From NCBI GenBank assembly GCA_022711495.1, contig JAKLEX010000001.1:23058-87057 (forward strand): 64,000 nt of DNA, in the 5' to 3' direction. Below, one piece after another: positions 17,676 through 26,251 of this stretch. The stretch's first letter is position 1. Each line of letters begins with the position of its first letter. Under the pieces are notes generated by a model. It ran no database searches. It saw only the letters and a program-made list of their open reading frames with translations, and had not been told where the DNA came from. Source of the stretch: Patescibacteria group bacterium (GTDB lineage Bacteria > Patescibacteriota > Minisyncoccia > Phycocordibacterales > JAACPR01). Made by a program: the position numbers and the translations under genes.

Positions 17676-17703
17676 TCGTGACCGAATCTCACTCTCTCCG
17701 CAA
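17676..17703. repeat. Direct repeat of the tRNA-Ser 3' end, 190-209 bp downstream of the tRNA
   Basis: cgaatctcactctctccgcaa at 17683-17703 is identical to 17474-17494 (21 bp exact), with an imperfect extension (tcgtga-ccgaatctc vs tcgtgagttcgaatctc). It overlaps the stop codon of the HD-domain gene. Confidence 0.85.
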
Positions 17704-18171
17704 ATTATCCAAATACCCCACTGCCCCATCCGTCATCTTTTTTATAAAAGCAACGTCTTCAGGAAGAACTTTCTCTTGTTCTAAAATTAATTTCAGTGTC
17801 GGAATATTTAAGATGCTTAATTTGTCCGCCATCTGCAAAATTTTTGCTTCTTGAGATTCCGGCTTTCCGCCCGTTCCGTGATTCAAGATACAATCTCTCA
17901 TCTCCGACGATAGTTCAAAACCTTTCTGCTCAAGCAATTTAACACTATGCTCTGCGTGATTATCTTTTTCCACTAAATACCCGATGTCATGAACCCAGGC
18001 GGCCGTTTCAACCAACTCCTGATCGCAATTCGCTTTTTTAGCAAGGGTAACCGCGATCTCCGCCACTGAAGCGGAGTGAATTCTGGCAAAATCGCCTTCA
18101 ATTCTATCTCGGTAAGACTGAAAACAGTCTCGAGCAATTTGTTTTGCCAACTCTAGTGTAAGTTTTTTCAT
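17689..18171 (-). CDS. HD-domain phosphohydrolase (HDIG-like)
   Basis: The HD motif is present in AAWVHDIGYLVEKDNHAEHS. The likely true start is MKKLTLELAK at 18171. The 88-aa N-terminal extension in the track (17689-18432) runs through GC-rich sequence and is probably spurious. Confidence 0.7.
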   Translation of the reverse strand: MKKLTLELAKQIARDCFQSYRDRIEGDFARIHSASVAEIAVTLAKKANCDQELVETAAWVHDIGYLVEKDNHAEHSVKLLEQKGFELSSEMRDCILNHGTGGKPESQEAKILQMADKLSILNIPTLKLILEQEKVLPEDVAFIKKMTDGAVGYLDNLRRE

Positions 18172-18175
18172 ATAA

Positions 18176-18226
18176 AAAATTATACAACAAAAAAACAAAA
18201 GCGCGTCATTGCTGACGCGCTCGTAC
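18176..18226 (-). terminator. Rho-independent terminator 3' of the small GC-rich ORF
   Basis: On the minus strand, agcgcgtcagcaatgacgcgct is followed by tttgtttttttg. Confidence 0.55.
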
Positions 18227-18244
18227 AAACAACATCTCGCGGAA

Positions 18245-18472
18245 TCATTCTTGGTCGGCCACGACCATTGCAGCGCTGGACGACGAACCTCCGGCGCGTG
18301 CCCGAGCGTACTGGCCCCGAACCCAATTGAAGGTAAGCCCGGCAATAATCGCCAAAACGGCCAGAATGCCGACGGCGGCGGCCGTCTCCAGAGACGGCGA
18401 TATCTGCCTTGCCTCGTGCGCGTCTCGCTCAATCAGCTCTTCATCCGGCATGTCTTGAATATTTTCGTTCAT
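18245..18472 (-). CDS. Small (75 aa) membrane-anchored hypothetical protein in a GC-rich islet
   Basis: It has an acidic N-terminus, a TM helix (AAAVGILAVLAIIAGLTF) and an Ala/Ser/Arg-rich C-terminus. It has its own terminator. Its composition differs from the neighbouring genes. Confidence 0.4.
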   Translation of the reverse strand: MNENIQDMPDEELIERDAHEARQISPSLETAAAVGILAVLAIIAGLTFNWVRGQYARARAGGSSSSAAMVVADQE

Positions 18473-18567
18473 CTGATCCGCTCCTGTTTTGATGTCTTTA
18501 TATGTACTCGAACTCCTCCACTTCCTGGCGGATTATAACAACACGAGTGGACATTTGTCAAATGCCC

Positions 18568-18610
18568 GCATCTAAAACACCGCGTCTAAAACACCGCGTC
18601 TAAAACACGC
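18568..18610. repeat. Three tandem copies of a 14-bp unit (c[a/g]tctaaaacaccg), ~100 bp upstream of the small GC-rich ORF
   Basis: catctaaaacaccg-cgtctaaaacaccg-cgtctaaaacacgc. Iteron- or operator-like. Confidence 0.8.
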
Positions 18611-18615
18611 TGACG

Positions 18616-18888
18616 TTACTTCGCCAGACTATTCATGTGATCTTCCAGATCCTTCAGTCGGTCATCGGAAATATTACTCGTCTTTCTTAAAATTTCTATT
18701 CCCTGTTTTATCTCCTTTTTATCAATTCCAGATTCAGAATTTGACTCATCCAAGTGGCCGGCAAAAGCCATCTTAACCTTGTCCCGATCGGCGGAACTCC
18801 AATTTCGAGCGGAAAGATGACTCAAGACCCTTTCTCGAAACTCGGTCTTGGAAACATTCGGCTTTGAACTGTTCCAAAATAATCCCAT
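18616..18888 (-). CDS. Hypothetical 90-aa protein
   Basis: An ORF with plausible coding composition. It has no TM segment and no family I recognise. Confidence 0.4.
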   Translation of the reverse strand: MGLFWNSSKPNVSKTEFRERVLSHLSARNWSSADRDKVKMAFAGHLDESNSESGIDKKEIKQGIEILRKTSNISDDRLKDLEDHMNSLAK

Positions 18889-18955
18889 AGAATTATGATT
18901 AGTTGATAACAGTTAAATTATATCTAAACGCACAGAAAATGTTAAAATAGTTTCA

Positions 18956-19972
18956 ATGACCCTTTTCATAATAAATTTAATATTGGCCTTAGCCGGAATC
19001 TGTATTACAAGAAAGATTTCGTCAAAGAAACTTCGGGAAAAACAATTTGTCTGCTATGTCGGCGGTGATTGTGAGAACGTCCTAAGCAGTAAGTTTTCAA
19101 AATTTCTCGGAATAAACATAGAAAAAATCGGACTCCTTTATTATTCAGTCCTTTTTCTTGGTTATATTTATCTCCTGGCCGTAAATCCCGCGCCCGTCAT
19201 AATTTTCGGCCTATTTGTTCTAAATTTCATCGGCCTGATTTTCTCCTTGTACCTTACCTTTGTCCAACTAACTTACTTGAGAAAATGGTGCCTCTACTGT
19301 CTGGCCTCGGCCTTCAACACAATTATCATGTTTACAGTAGCAATGTTTATTTTCTCAGATCATTTCGGAGTTTTATCTCTTTACCTGGCACAAGTCATCA
19401 GCGTTTTGAACGTCTTCCAGGTTATCGGTATCGCCGTTGGATTAAGTAGCGCCACCGTCAGCGGAGTTCTTGTCATAAAATTTCTAAAAGATTTCAAAAT
19501 AGATCCTCTGGAAGATAAAAAACTGGCGATTTTGGATCAAATAATCTGGTCGTCAATCATAATTTTGCTGGTCGTAAATTTGTGTTACTACATCGCCGAT
19601 TTGGAAGTTTACTTCCATTCAACTCGTCTACTGGCTCAATTTATCATCCTGTTAATTCTCGTCGTCAATGACGCGTTTCTTGGCTTGTGCGTCAATCCGA
19701 AACTTATCGGTGTCAGAATGGATTTGAAATCTCTTCATGTCTCAAAAACTCTCCGACTTCGCCAGGCGGCCCTGGCTTTGGGCGTGATTTCCATTGTCTC
19801 GTGGTATGCCGTCCTGTTTGTCTCTTTCTTCATTCAAGGAGATATAGATATCATCAGTATCATCAGTCATTATTTAGCCATAACAATCGCCGCCGTCGTC
19901 ATCAGCCAATCTGTCATTCTGCTTGTTGATAAAATAAAGATTACGAGCGATAATACATATAAGTTTAAATAA
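18956..19972 (+). CDS. VKOR-family (vitamin K epoxide reductase-like) membrane protein with an extra C-terminal polytopic domain
   Basis: The loop Cys pair (CYVGGDCENV) and the intramembrane CXXC (WCLYCLASA) in TM helices are the defining features of bacterial VKOR homologues. These re-oxidise DsbA-like proteins. Confidence 0.65.
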   Translation: MTLFIINLILALAGICITRKISSKKLREKQFVCYVGGDCENVLSSKFSKFLGINIEKIGLLYYSVLFLGYIYLLAVNPAPVIIFGLFVLNFIGLIFSLYLTFVQLTYLRKWCLYCLASAFNTIIMFTVAMFIFSDHFGVLSLYLAQVISVLNVFQVIGIAVGLSSATVSGVLVIKFLKDFKIDPLEDKKLAILDQIIWSSIIILLVVNLCYYIADLEVYFHSTRLLAQFIILLILVVNDAFLGLCVNPKLIGVRMDLKSLHVSKTLRLRQAALALGVISIVSWYAVLFVSFFIQGDIDIISIISHYLAITIAAVVISQSVILLVDKIKITSDNTYKFK

Positions 19973-19973
19973 C

Positions 19974-20444
19974 ATGGCGCAAAAAAGTATATCCTGGAGA
20001 GCCCTAGATCATATCAAGGAAGCCAAGTCCGAAGATTGGTTTTGGATTGTCGGAATTGTCGCCATCGGATTGGTAGTCTTGGCGATTTTCTTTGACAATA
20101 TTTTGTTCGCACTTTTAATCGCGTTGGCCACTTTCGCCTCGTTCTTGTTGGCACACAGCGCTCCTAGAGAAATTGATTACGAAATTAGCCGGAAGGGCAT
20201 CCGTTCCGGCGATATTATTTATCCGTTCTCAAGTTTGGAAGCTTTTTGGGTTATAGATGAGGATGGCTATGAACGTGATCGAGTTTTGGTCAAATCCAAG
20301 AAATTTTTCATGCCGGTAATCACGATTCCGGTTGGCAACGGCGCAGATCTGGAAGAAGTGCGAGATTGTCTCTTGCAATATCTGGAAGAAGAAGAAATCC
20401 GCGAACCTTTTTACGAGCACTTGATGCACCGGCTTGGTTTCTAG
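19974..20444 (+). CDS. Hypothetical membrane protein (two TM helices near the N-terminus)
   Basis: 156 aa with TM helices WFWIVGIVAIGLVVLAIFF and LFALLIALATFASFLLA. No family assignment. Confidence 0.45.
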   Translation: MAQKSISWRALDHIKEAKSEDWFWIVGIVAIGLVVLAIFFDNILFALLIALATFASFLLAHSAPREIDYEISRKGIRSGDIIYPFSSLEAFWVIDEDGYERDRVLVKSKKFFMPVITIPVGNGADLEEVRDCLLQYLEEEEIREPFYEHLMHRLGF

Positions 20445-20477
20445 TTTCAATTTATTGCCGGAGCGCGATTTCATAAA

Positions 20478-20549
20478 GTCCCCATAGTTTAATGGATAAA
20501 ATGCAAGATTGCGGATCTTGCGATCCAGGTTCGATTCCTGGTGGGGGCA
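20478..20549 (+). tRNA. tRNA-Arg (anticodon GCG)
   Basis: Hand-folded: acceptor GTCCCCA/TGGGGGC, anticodon stem CAAGA/TCTTG with loop TTGCGGA, T-arm CCAGG-TTCGATT-CCTGG. Confidence 0.75.
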
Positions 20550-20675
20550 CTAATATTAAACTTTCCGATTTTTTGAAAGGTTTATGTTAAAATATAGAAG
20601 GATTGAATTATTACTAGCTTAATTAATAACGCCCGCATTCGGCCCTTGTTGATTCGGGCGAAAAAGGTAAATAAT

Positions 20676-21419
20676 ATGAATAAAATTATAACAATCAGCC
20701 TTTTAGCGATAATTCTTGCCCTTGCTAACGATGCCGCAGCAGTAAGCCCAAACAGTAGTGCCGGTGCCAGTGGGAAAAATCAAGTCCAGCAGCAAACTCA
20801 AACTGTCAATCAGGGCGAAAGCGACCAGATTCAAACACAAAACAACGAGCAAACTGGCGGGGGCATCGACCAAACAGAGACGGGAGCGCAAGCACAACAA
20901 GACGAGGACGAGACTGGAGACGATCAGGCTGATGAGCAAAATAAAGGCAAAAGTGGCGAAGTCAAAACTAATAAACAAGAAGAGAAAGTTAATAATGAGG
21001 TGGCCGAACAAAGAAGGAGTCAGGTCGCTAATGCAGTGCAAGAGATGCTACAAGTCGCCGATAGAAACGGCGGAATTGGTCAGCAAGTAAGGGTTATCGC
21101 CCAAGCTCAAAATCAGAACCAAGAGGAGTTGGAGGTCAGCCTACAAAATGTCCAGAATCGAGGTGGTTTCGCGAGATTTTTCATCGGACCAAATTACGGC
21201 GAAATCAACAATGCACAAAAATTACTAGAACAGAATCGCGAACAAATTGAGCAGTTGAATCAAATCAAGAACCAGCTCTCTAACCAGAGTGATGCACAAA
21301 CTTTAACGGAACAGATCCAGACGTTGGAACAAGCCAATTTAGAGATCGAAAATTCCCTACAAAATGCGCAAGGCGGGTTTAGTTTGTTCGGCTGGGCGTT
21401 TAGATTGTTTTCTAAATAG
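20676..21419 (+). CDS. Secreted low-complexity Gln/Asn/Glu-rich coiled-coil protein
   Basis: It has a signal peptide (MNKIITISLLAIILALANDAAAV). Long Q/N/E-rich heptad-like stretches follow. No enzymatic motifs. Confidence 0.5.
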   Translation: MNKIITISLLAIILALANDAAAVSPNSSAGASGKNQVQQQTQTVNQGESDQIQTQNNEQTGGGIDQTETGAQAQQDEDETGDDQADEQNKGKSGEVKTNKQEEKVNNEVAEQRRSQVANAVQEMLQVADRNGGIGQQVRVIAQAQNQNQEELEVSLQNVQNRGGFARFFIGPNYGEINNAQKLLEQNREQIEQLNQIKNQLSNQSDAQTLTEQIQTLEQANLEIENSLQNAQGGFSLFGWAFRLFSK

Positions 21420-21461
21420 CAAAAAACAAGTTATCATATCCAAAAGCGCCATAATATCCCC

Positions 21462-22433
21462 ATGTCATTACTGTTCGTTTTAGTTTTCTTCTTGTCCTGC
21501 GCGCTTTTGATGATTTCTGGAAATTGGATAATAAAAGCTCTCTCCGGCATTTCTGAATTTCTCGGCTGGAAAGAATTCACCGTGGCTTTTATTATCATGT
21601 CAATCGCCACCGCCTCGCCGGAATTACTCGTCGGCGTCAGCTCCGCTATCAGAGGAATACCGGAACTTTCTCTTGGAAATATTATCGGACAAAATATCAT
21701 TCACTTTACCGTGGCAATTTTCATTCTGGTTTTGATTCGCGGACGATTTTCCGTAAGATCCCGCGCGACCCGAACAGCAACTCTTTTTTCGGCTTTCATG
21801 GCGATTTTCCCGCTGATTTTGGTTTTGGACGGATCGCTTTCAAGAATTGACGGGCTCATTTTAATCCTACTCTTCCTCGTCTATACAATACGCTTAATTC
21901 AGAATTCAAAGAGGCGGGAAAGTGTCTATGACGTAGAAGCTGATTCACCGGCCACCGGTAAATTTATACTGACAGATTTTACTTCATTTCTAAAAGACGT
22001 GGGAATTTTATTGATCGGTGTAGCAGTTTTATTAATCGCTTCGCAAGGAATCATCAGTTCCTCAATTCACTTCGTTCAATTATTGAATTTACCGTTAGTA
22101 ATTGTCGGCGCGGTTATCGTCGGCATCGGCACTTCCCTGCCGGAAATTTATTTTTCGGCGGCATCGGCCAGAAAAGAAGAACCGGAATTAATGGCCGGCA
22201 ATTTGTTGGGTTCAACGGTAGTCTCAACCAGCTTAGTTCTAGGAATCGTCTCTCTAATCTCGCCGGTGACAGGAATTTCCTGGCATTCCTACGCCACAAG
22301 CAGAATTTTTCTATTCATCTCGGTTTGTCTATTTATATCTTTCATTTGGCCAGACAAAAAAATCAGCCGGACCGAGGCTTGGATATTATTCACGATCTAC
22401 TTGTTGTTTATCGCGACGGAAATGCTGTTATAA
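21462..22433 (+). CDS. Na+/Ca2+ exchanger (CaCA) family membrane transporter, a second paralogue
   Basis: The alpha-repeats GNIIGQNI and GTSLPEIYFS are present. It is polytopic. Confidence 0.8.
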   Translation: MSLLFVLVFFLSCALLMISGNWIIKALSGISEFLGWKEFTVAFIIMSIATASPELLVGVSSAIRGIPELSLGNIIGQNIIHFTVAIFILVLIRGRFSVRSRATRTATLFSAFMAIFPLILVLDGSLSRIDGLILILLFLVYTIRLIQNSKRRESVYDVEADSPATGKFILTDFTSFLKDVGILLIGVAVLLIASQGIISSSIHFVQLLNLPLVIVGAVIVGIGTSLPEIYFSAASARKEEPELMAGNLLGSTVVSTSLVLGIVSLISPVTGISWHSYATSRIFLFISVCLFISFIWPDKKISRTEAWILFTIYLLFIATEMLL

Positions 22434-22464
22434 AGCAAGGGGGGCGGATTCTTGGTTATTTTTT

Positions 22465-22743
22465 CTATTTCTTTTCGGCGAATTTAACTTTTTTGATTCG
22501 CGCAATTAAACGAGATTTGGTTCTGGCCGCGGCGTTTTTATGGATAGTTCGCATTTTTGCCGCCTTATCAATCGCCTTGTAAGCTTCCGGCACTTTTTTC
22601 TCCGCTTCAGCGACTTTATTTTGTTTCAACAATGCGTCAATTTCTTTGACGATATCTTTATAAACTCTTTTTCGACGAAGATTAAAGATCGCCTTGCGTT
22701 CGCTAGCGCGGATAGCTTTTTTTGCTGAACTTGTTATTGCCAT
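22465..22743 (-). CDS. rpsT: 30S ribosomal protein S20
   Basis: MAITSSAKKAIRASERKAIFNLRRKR is the S20 N-terminal signature. I chose this internal Met as the start; the track ORF extends to 22776. Confidence 0.85.
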   Translation of the reverse strand: MAITSSAKKAIRASERKAIFNLRRKRVYKDIVKEIDALLKQNKVAEAEKKVPEAYKAIDKAAKMRTIHKNAAARTKSRLIARIKKVKFAEKK

Positions 22744-22819
22744 AAGTGACGAAAACTCTACCAGACCACCTCGCAAAAAGCAAATGATTTTTCTTCGGCC
22801 ATCGTGATATTATATAAGC

Positions 22820-23386
22820 ATGATCGCCTATCTTTCGGGGAAAGTACTTGATTCAAACCTTGATTCCGTCGTCTTGGAGGTCGCCGGCGTGGGATATCGG
22901 ATTTTCGTTTTGGGTAAATTAATTCAGGAAGTTAAAAAAAATAAAGACATCTCGCTGTGGATTCATCACGCCGTCCGTGAAGATTCCGAAAAACTTTTTG
23001 GTTTCAAGAACAAGCCGGAATTGGAAATGTTTGAACTTCTCATGACCATCTCCGGAATCGGACCGAAGTCTGCCCTCTCAATATTAAACGCATCATCACT
23101 GGAAACGTTAACCGAGGGAATTCGATCCGGCGACGCTGCTTATTTGGCAAAGATTTCCGGAATCAGCCGAAAAAATTCTGAAAAAATTGTCCTCGGATTA
23201 AAAGATAAGCTAGGGGCAGATTTGTCAGGCGATGAGAATTATCAGAATCAGAATACTTTGGCCATTGACGCTCTGGTAGCCCTAGGTTACTCCGAGCGCG
23301 AATCAAGAGAGGCCGTGCGAAAAGTTGAAAAATCCGATAACCCGGAAGAAATCATCAAAAAGGCCTTAAAGAAATTAAGCGACTAG
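22820..23386 (+). CDS. ruvA: Holliday junction branch migration complex subunit RuvA
   Basis: MIAYLSGKV...GVGYRIFV is the OB domain. HhH motifs follow (LMTISGIGPKSALSIL), then a C-terminal domain III. Confidence 0.9.
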   Translation: MIAYLSGKVLDSNLDSVVLEVAGVGYRIFVLGKLIQEVKKNKDISLWIHHAVREDSEKLFGFKNKPELEMFELLMTISGIGPKSALSILNASSLETLTEGIRSGDAAYLAKISGISRKNSEKIVLGLKDKLGADLSGDENYQNQNTLAIDALVALGYSERESREAVRKVEKSDNPEEIIKKALKKLSD

Positions 23387-23395
23387 TCTGTAAAA

Positions 23396-24730
23396 ATGGA
23401 GAAAATCTTGCAAATCATAAAAAGAGCTGTCCCTCAAAAAATTTTCCGGGCCGTCCAGCCGATTTATCACTATTTGCTTGCCATTATCGGCGCGGCAGTT
23501 TATCGTTTTCCGGCCAGAAAATTATTTGTCATCGGAGTAACCGGAACTAAAGGCAAATCATCAACGACTGAAATTATAAACGCAATTCTAGAACAGGCCG
23601 GCCATAAAACTGCCGTTTGCAATACGATCCGTTTTAAAATAGGCGGGGAGTCAGTCCCCAATAAATTCAAGATGTCCATGCCGGGGCGCTTTTTTATCCA
23701 AAACTTTCTATACCGAGCGGTGAAATCGGGCTGTACTCATGCCGTAGTTGAGATCACTTCCGAAGGAGTTCGACAATTCCGCCACAAATTCGTCTGGCTT
23801 AATGTTTTCGTGTTCACCAATTTGGCACCAGAGCACATTGAATCTCACGGTTCGTATGAAAAATACAAAGAAGCCAAATTAAAAGTTGTTGATCTATTAA
23901 GAAAAAACGGCGTCGCCATTGTGAACGCCGATGATGACGAATCAGAAGCTTTTCTTAACCGAGCCCGCGTTGATAAAAAAATTAAATATTCCCTATCAGA
24001 CGCCAAGCCGATTGTCTACGGCCACGAGACAAAATTCAAAGAAGGGGCACAAAAAGAAACACTCGCGGAAACACAGGCCGGAGCCCGAACGGAAATGAGA
24101 TTCAAAAGGACAATCCTGTACCCTAAACTGGTTGGCGAATTTAATATCTACAATATTTTAGCCGCCGCAACCGCCGCCGACGCGATGGGCATCGGCGTTG
24201 AAATCATAAAAGAGGCCGTGGAAAATCTGGCCGAGATTCCGGGCCGCGTTCAGAGAGTCCGCTCTGGACAGAATTTTGATGTCATCATTGACTACGCTCA
24301 CACAGCCGAATCCTTGGAAGAATTATATAAGGCCTTTCCAGAAAAAGATAAGATTTGCGTTTTGGGAAACACCGGCGGCGGCCGTGACAAATGGAAAAGA
24401 CCGATTATGGCAAAAATCGCCGAAAAATATTGTTCGGAAATAATTCTAACCAATGAAGACCCTTACGACGAAGATCCCGAACAGATCGTGGAAGAAATGA
24501 GAAGCGCCCTAACCAAAAAGTCAGCCAAGGTTATTATGGATCGCCGAGAAGCTATTTCAGAAGCTCTAAAACTGGCCCAAAAAGCGTCCGCCACGTCTTC
24601 CAGAAGTAGCGTCGTGTTGATCACCGGAAAAGGCACCGACCCTTATCTCATGGAGAAAAATGGCAAAAAAACACCTTGGTCTGATTACGCCGTCGCCGAA
24701 GAGGAACTTAAAAAAATTCTGCGTAAATAA
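23396..24730 (+). CDS. murE: Mur ligase family protein, MurE-like
   Basis: It has the P-loop GVTGTKGKSST. The motif DYAHTAESLEELY resembles the MurE DYAHTPDAL motif. The short N-terminal domain is as seen in CPR Mur ligases. Confidence 0.6.
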   Translation: MEKILQIIKRAVPQKIFRAVQPIYHYLLAIIGAAVYRFPARKLFVIGVTGTKGKSSTTEIINAILEQAGHKTAVCNTIRFKIGGESVPNKFKMSMPGRFFIQNFLYRAVKSGCTHAVVEITSEGVRQFRHKFVWLNVFVFTNLAPEHIESHGSYEKYKEAKLKVVDLLRKNGVAIVNADDDESEAFLNRARVDKKIKYSLSDAKPIVYGHETKFKEGAQKETLAETQAGARTEMRFKRTILYPKLVGEFNIYNILAAATAADAMGIGVEIIKEAVENLAEIPGRVQRVRSGQNFDVIIDYAHTAESLEELYKAFPEKDKICVLGNTGGGRDKWKRPIMAKIAEKYCSEIILTNEDPYDEDPEQIVEEMRSALTKKSAKVIMDRREAISEALKLAQKASATSSRSSVVLITGKGTDPYLMEKNGKKTPWSDYAVAEEELKKILRK

Positions 24731-24732
24731 AC

Positions 24733-25677
24733 ATGCCGGAATTACCTGAAGTTACAACAACTGCGCGGATTCTCAATAAGATTTTGGTCAATCAGAAGAT
24801 TTTGTCTGTTTGGACGAACTACAGCAGTCCTCATTTCAAAGGGAAAAAGAATATCAAAGATAAAAAATATTTTGAGTTTTTCAAAAAAGAAGTCGTCGGC
24901 TCAAAAATAGTCAGTGTCGGCAGAATCGGAAAAAATGTTCTGATCCATCTCTCCGGAACAAAGACCGGATCAAAGACCGAATTGAGGCGCGGCCTAAAGA
25001 CAATTCTGGTTCACATGAAAATGACCGGGCATTTCTTATATGGAGATTATGAGAGACGAGGAAATGAATGGCTCGCGACAAAACCCGGCCCGTTACAAGA
25101 CAAGTTTAATGGTTATATTCGCTTAATTTTCGGTCTCTCCAGCGGCAAATACCTGGCGCTTTCCGATGTCCGTCGTTTCGCCAAAATCGCTGTCATTTCG
25201 GACGGCAACGTCAAAAATTTTGAAGACATAAAAAATCTTGGCCCGGATCCAATGGAAAAAGAATTTGACTTCAAAAAATTTAAGTCAGTGATCTCCCAAA
25301 AACCGACTGGGCGCGTAAAAAGCGTCTTGATGGATCAGGACGTTATCGCCGGGATCGGCAACATCTATTCCGATGAAGCGCTTTGGCTTTCTTCCATACA
25401 TCCGGAAACTCAAATCAAAAAATTGACAGATAATGAGCTAAAGATTTTATTAAAAAACATTAAAAAAGTTCTAAAGTTTGGAATTGACATGGGCGGTGAT
25501 TCTACTTCTGACTACCGCCGACCCGACGGTTCCCCAGGAAAATCCCACCACGCTCACAATGTCTACCAGCGCCGCGGTGAAAAGTGCTCTAAAAAAGGCT
25601 GCGCCGGCACGATCGTCCGCAAAGTTGTCGGTGGCCGCGGAGCGCATTTTTGCGATACTCACCAGAGAAAAAAATAA
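24733..25677 (+). CDS. mutM: Formamidopyrimidine-DNA glycosylase (Fpg/Nei family)
   Basis: The N-terminus is the catalytic MPELPEV. There is an H2TH region and a C-terminal zinc finger (CSKKGCAGTIVRKVVGGRGAHFC). Confidence 0.85.
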   Translation: MPELPEVTTTARILNKILVNQKILSVWTNYSSPHFKGKKNIKDKKYFEFFKKEVVGSKIVSVGRIGKNVLIHLSGTKTGSKTELRRGLKTILVHMKMTGHFLYGDYERRGNEWLATKPGPLQDKFNGYIRLIFGLSSGKYLALSDVRRFAKIAVISDGNVKNFEDIKNLGPDPMEKEFDFKKFKSVISQKPTGRVKSVLMDQDVIAGIGNIYSDEALWLSSIHPETQIKKLTDNELKILLKNIKKVLKFGIDMGGDSTSDYRRPDGSPGKSHHAHNVYQRRGEKCSKKGCAGTIVRKVVGGRGAHFCDTHQRKK

Positions 25678-25744
25678 GGGGGAAATGGGAGAAAGATGAG
25701 AGAGAAACCGGAGAAAAAGTGGCCGTTCATCCGGAGCGTAAAAA

Positions 25745-26233
25745 TTAAGATCTATCAAACAATCTAAATAACAAAACGGCCGTTGCCACAGCGACGTTCA
25801 GCGATTCTTTTTTGCCTCGCATCGGTATTTCGGCAATCACGTCACTAACTTTGAGAAACTTTTTTGAGACACCATCAATTTCATTGCCAATGACAATGGC
25901 AGCTTTGTCCAAAACCGGAATTTTCTTGTAATTCACGGACTTGCCAGATTGTTCAAGAGAAATAATCTTGAACCCGCCCCTTTTCAAGGTCTCAATTAGC
26001 GATTCGGCATCAGAATCAGAAATAGACTCCCAGAGAATATTTTTCTCCGCGCCCAAAGCGGACTTTTTCATGTCATTTCTCTCGCGACCGAAACGATCAA
26101 GAGGCGTTGGTGTGTAACCAACTAAATAAATTTTGGAAACGCCAATGGCGTCAGCCGTTCGGAAAATAGATCCGACGTTAAGAACACTTCTGACGTTATC
26201 AATAATTAAGATAATCTGCCTGGTTTTGTTCAT
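25745..26233 (-). CDS. SpoU/TrmH-family RNA 2'-O-methyltransferase (TrmL-like)
   Basis: NVGSIFRTADAIG and LVGYTPTP are SPOUT motifs. At 162 aa it is minimal. Confidence 0.8.
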   Translation of the reverse strand: MNKTRQIILIIDNVRSVLNVGSIFRTADAIGVSKIYLVGYTPTPLDRFGRERNDMKKSALGAEKNILWESISDSDAESLIETLKRGGFKIISLEQSGKSVNYKKIPVLDKAAIVIGNEIDGVSKKFLKVSDVIAEIPMRGKKESLNVAVATAVLLFRLFDRS

Positions 26234-26251
26234 CTCTGATATACTACATCT

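Noticed and set aside
17689-18432. The 247-aa version of the HD-domain ORF with an Arg/Pro/Trp-rich N-terminus
   Set aside because: The first 88 residues are read through the GC-rich islet and look non-proteinaceous (MSETRTRQGRYRRLWRRPPP...). A good internal start, MKKLTLELAK, gives a normal 160-aa HD protein.
18568-18610. A possible CRISPR array
   Set aside because: It has only three immediately adjacent 14-bp units with no spacers. It is far shorter than CRISPR repeats and there are no cas genes. It is a simple tandem repeat.
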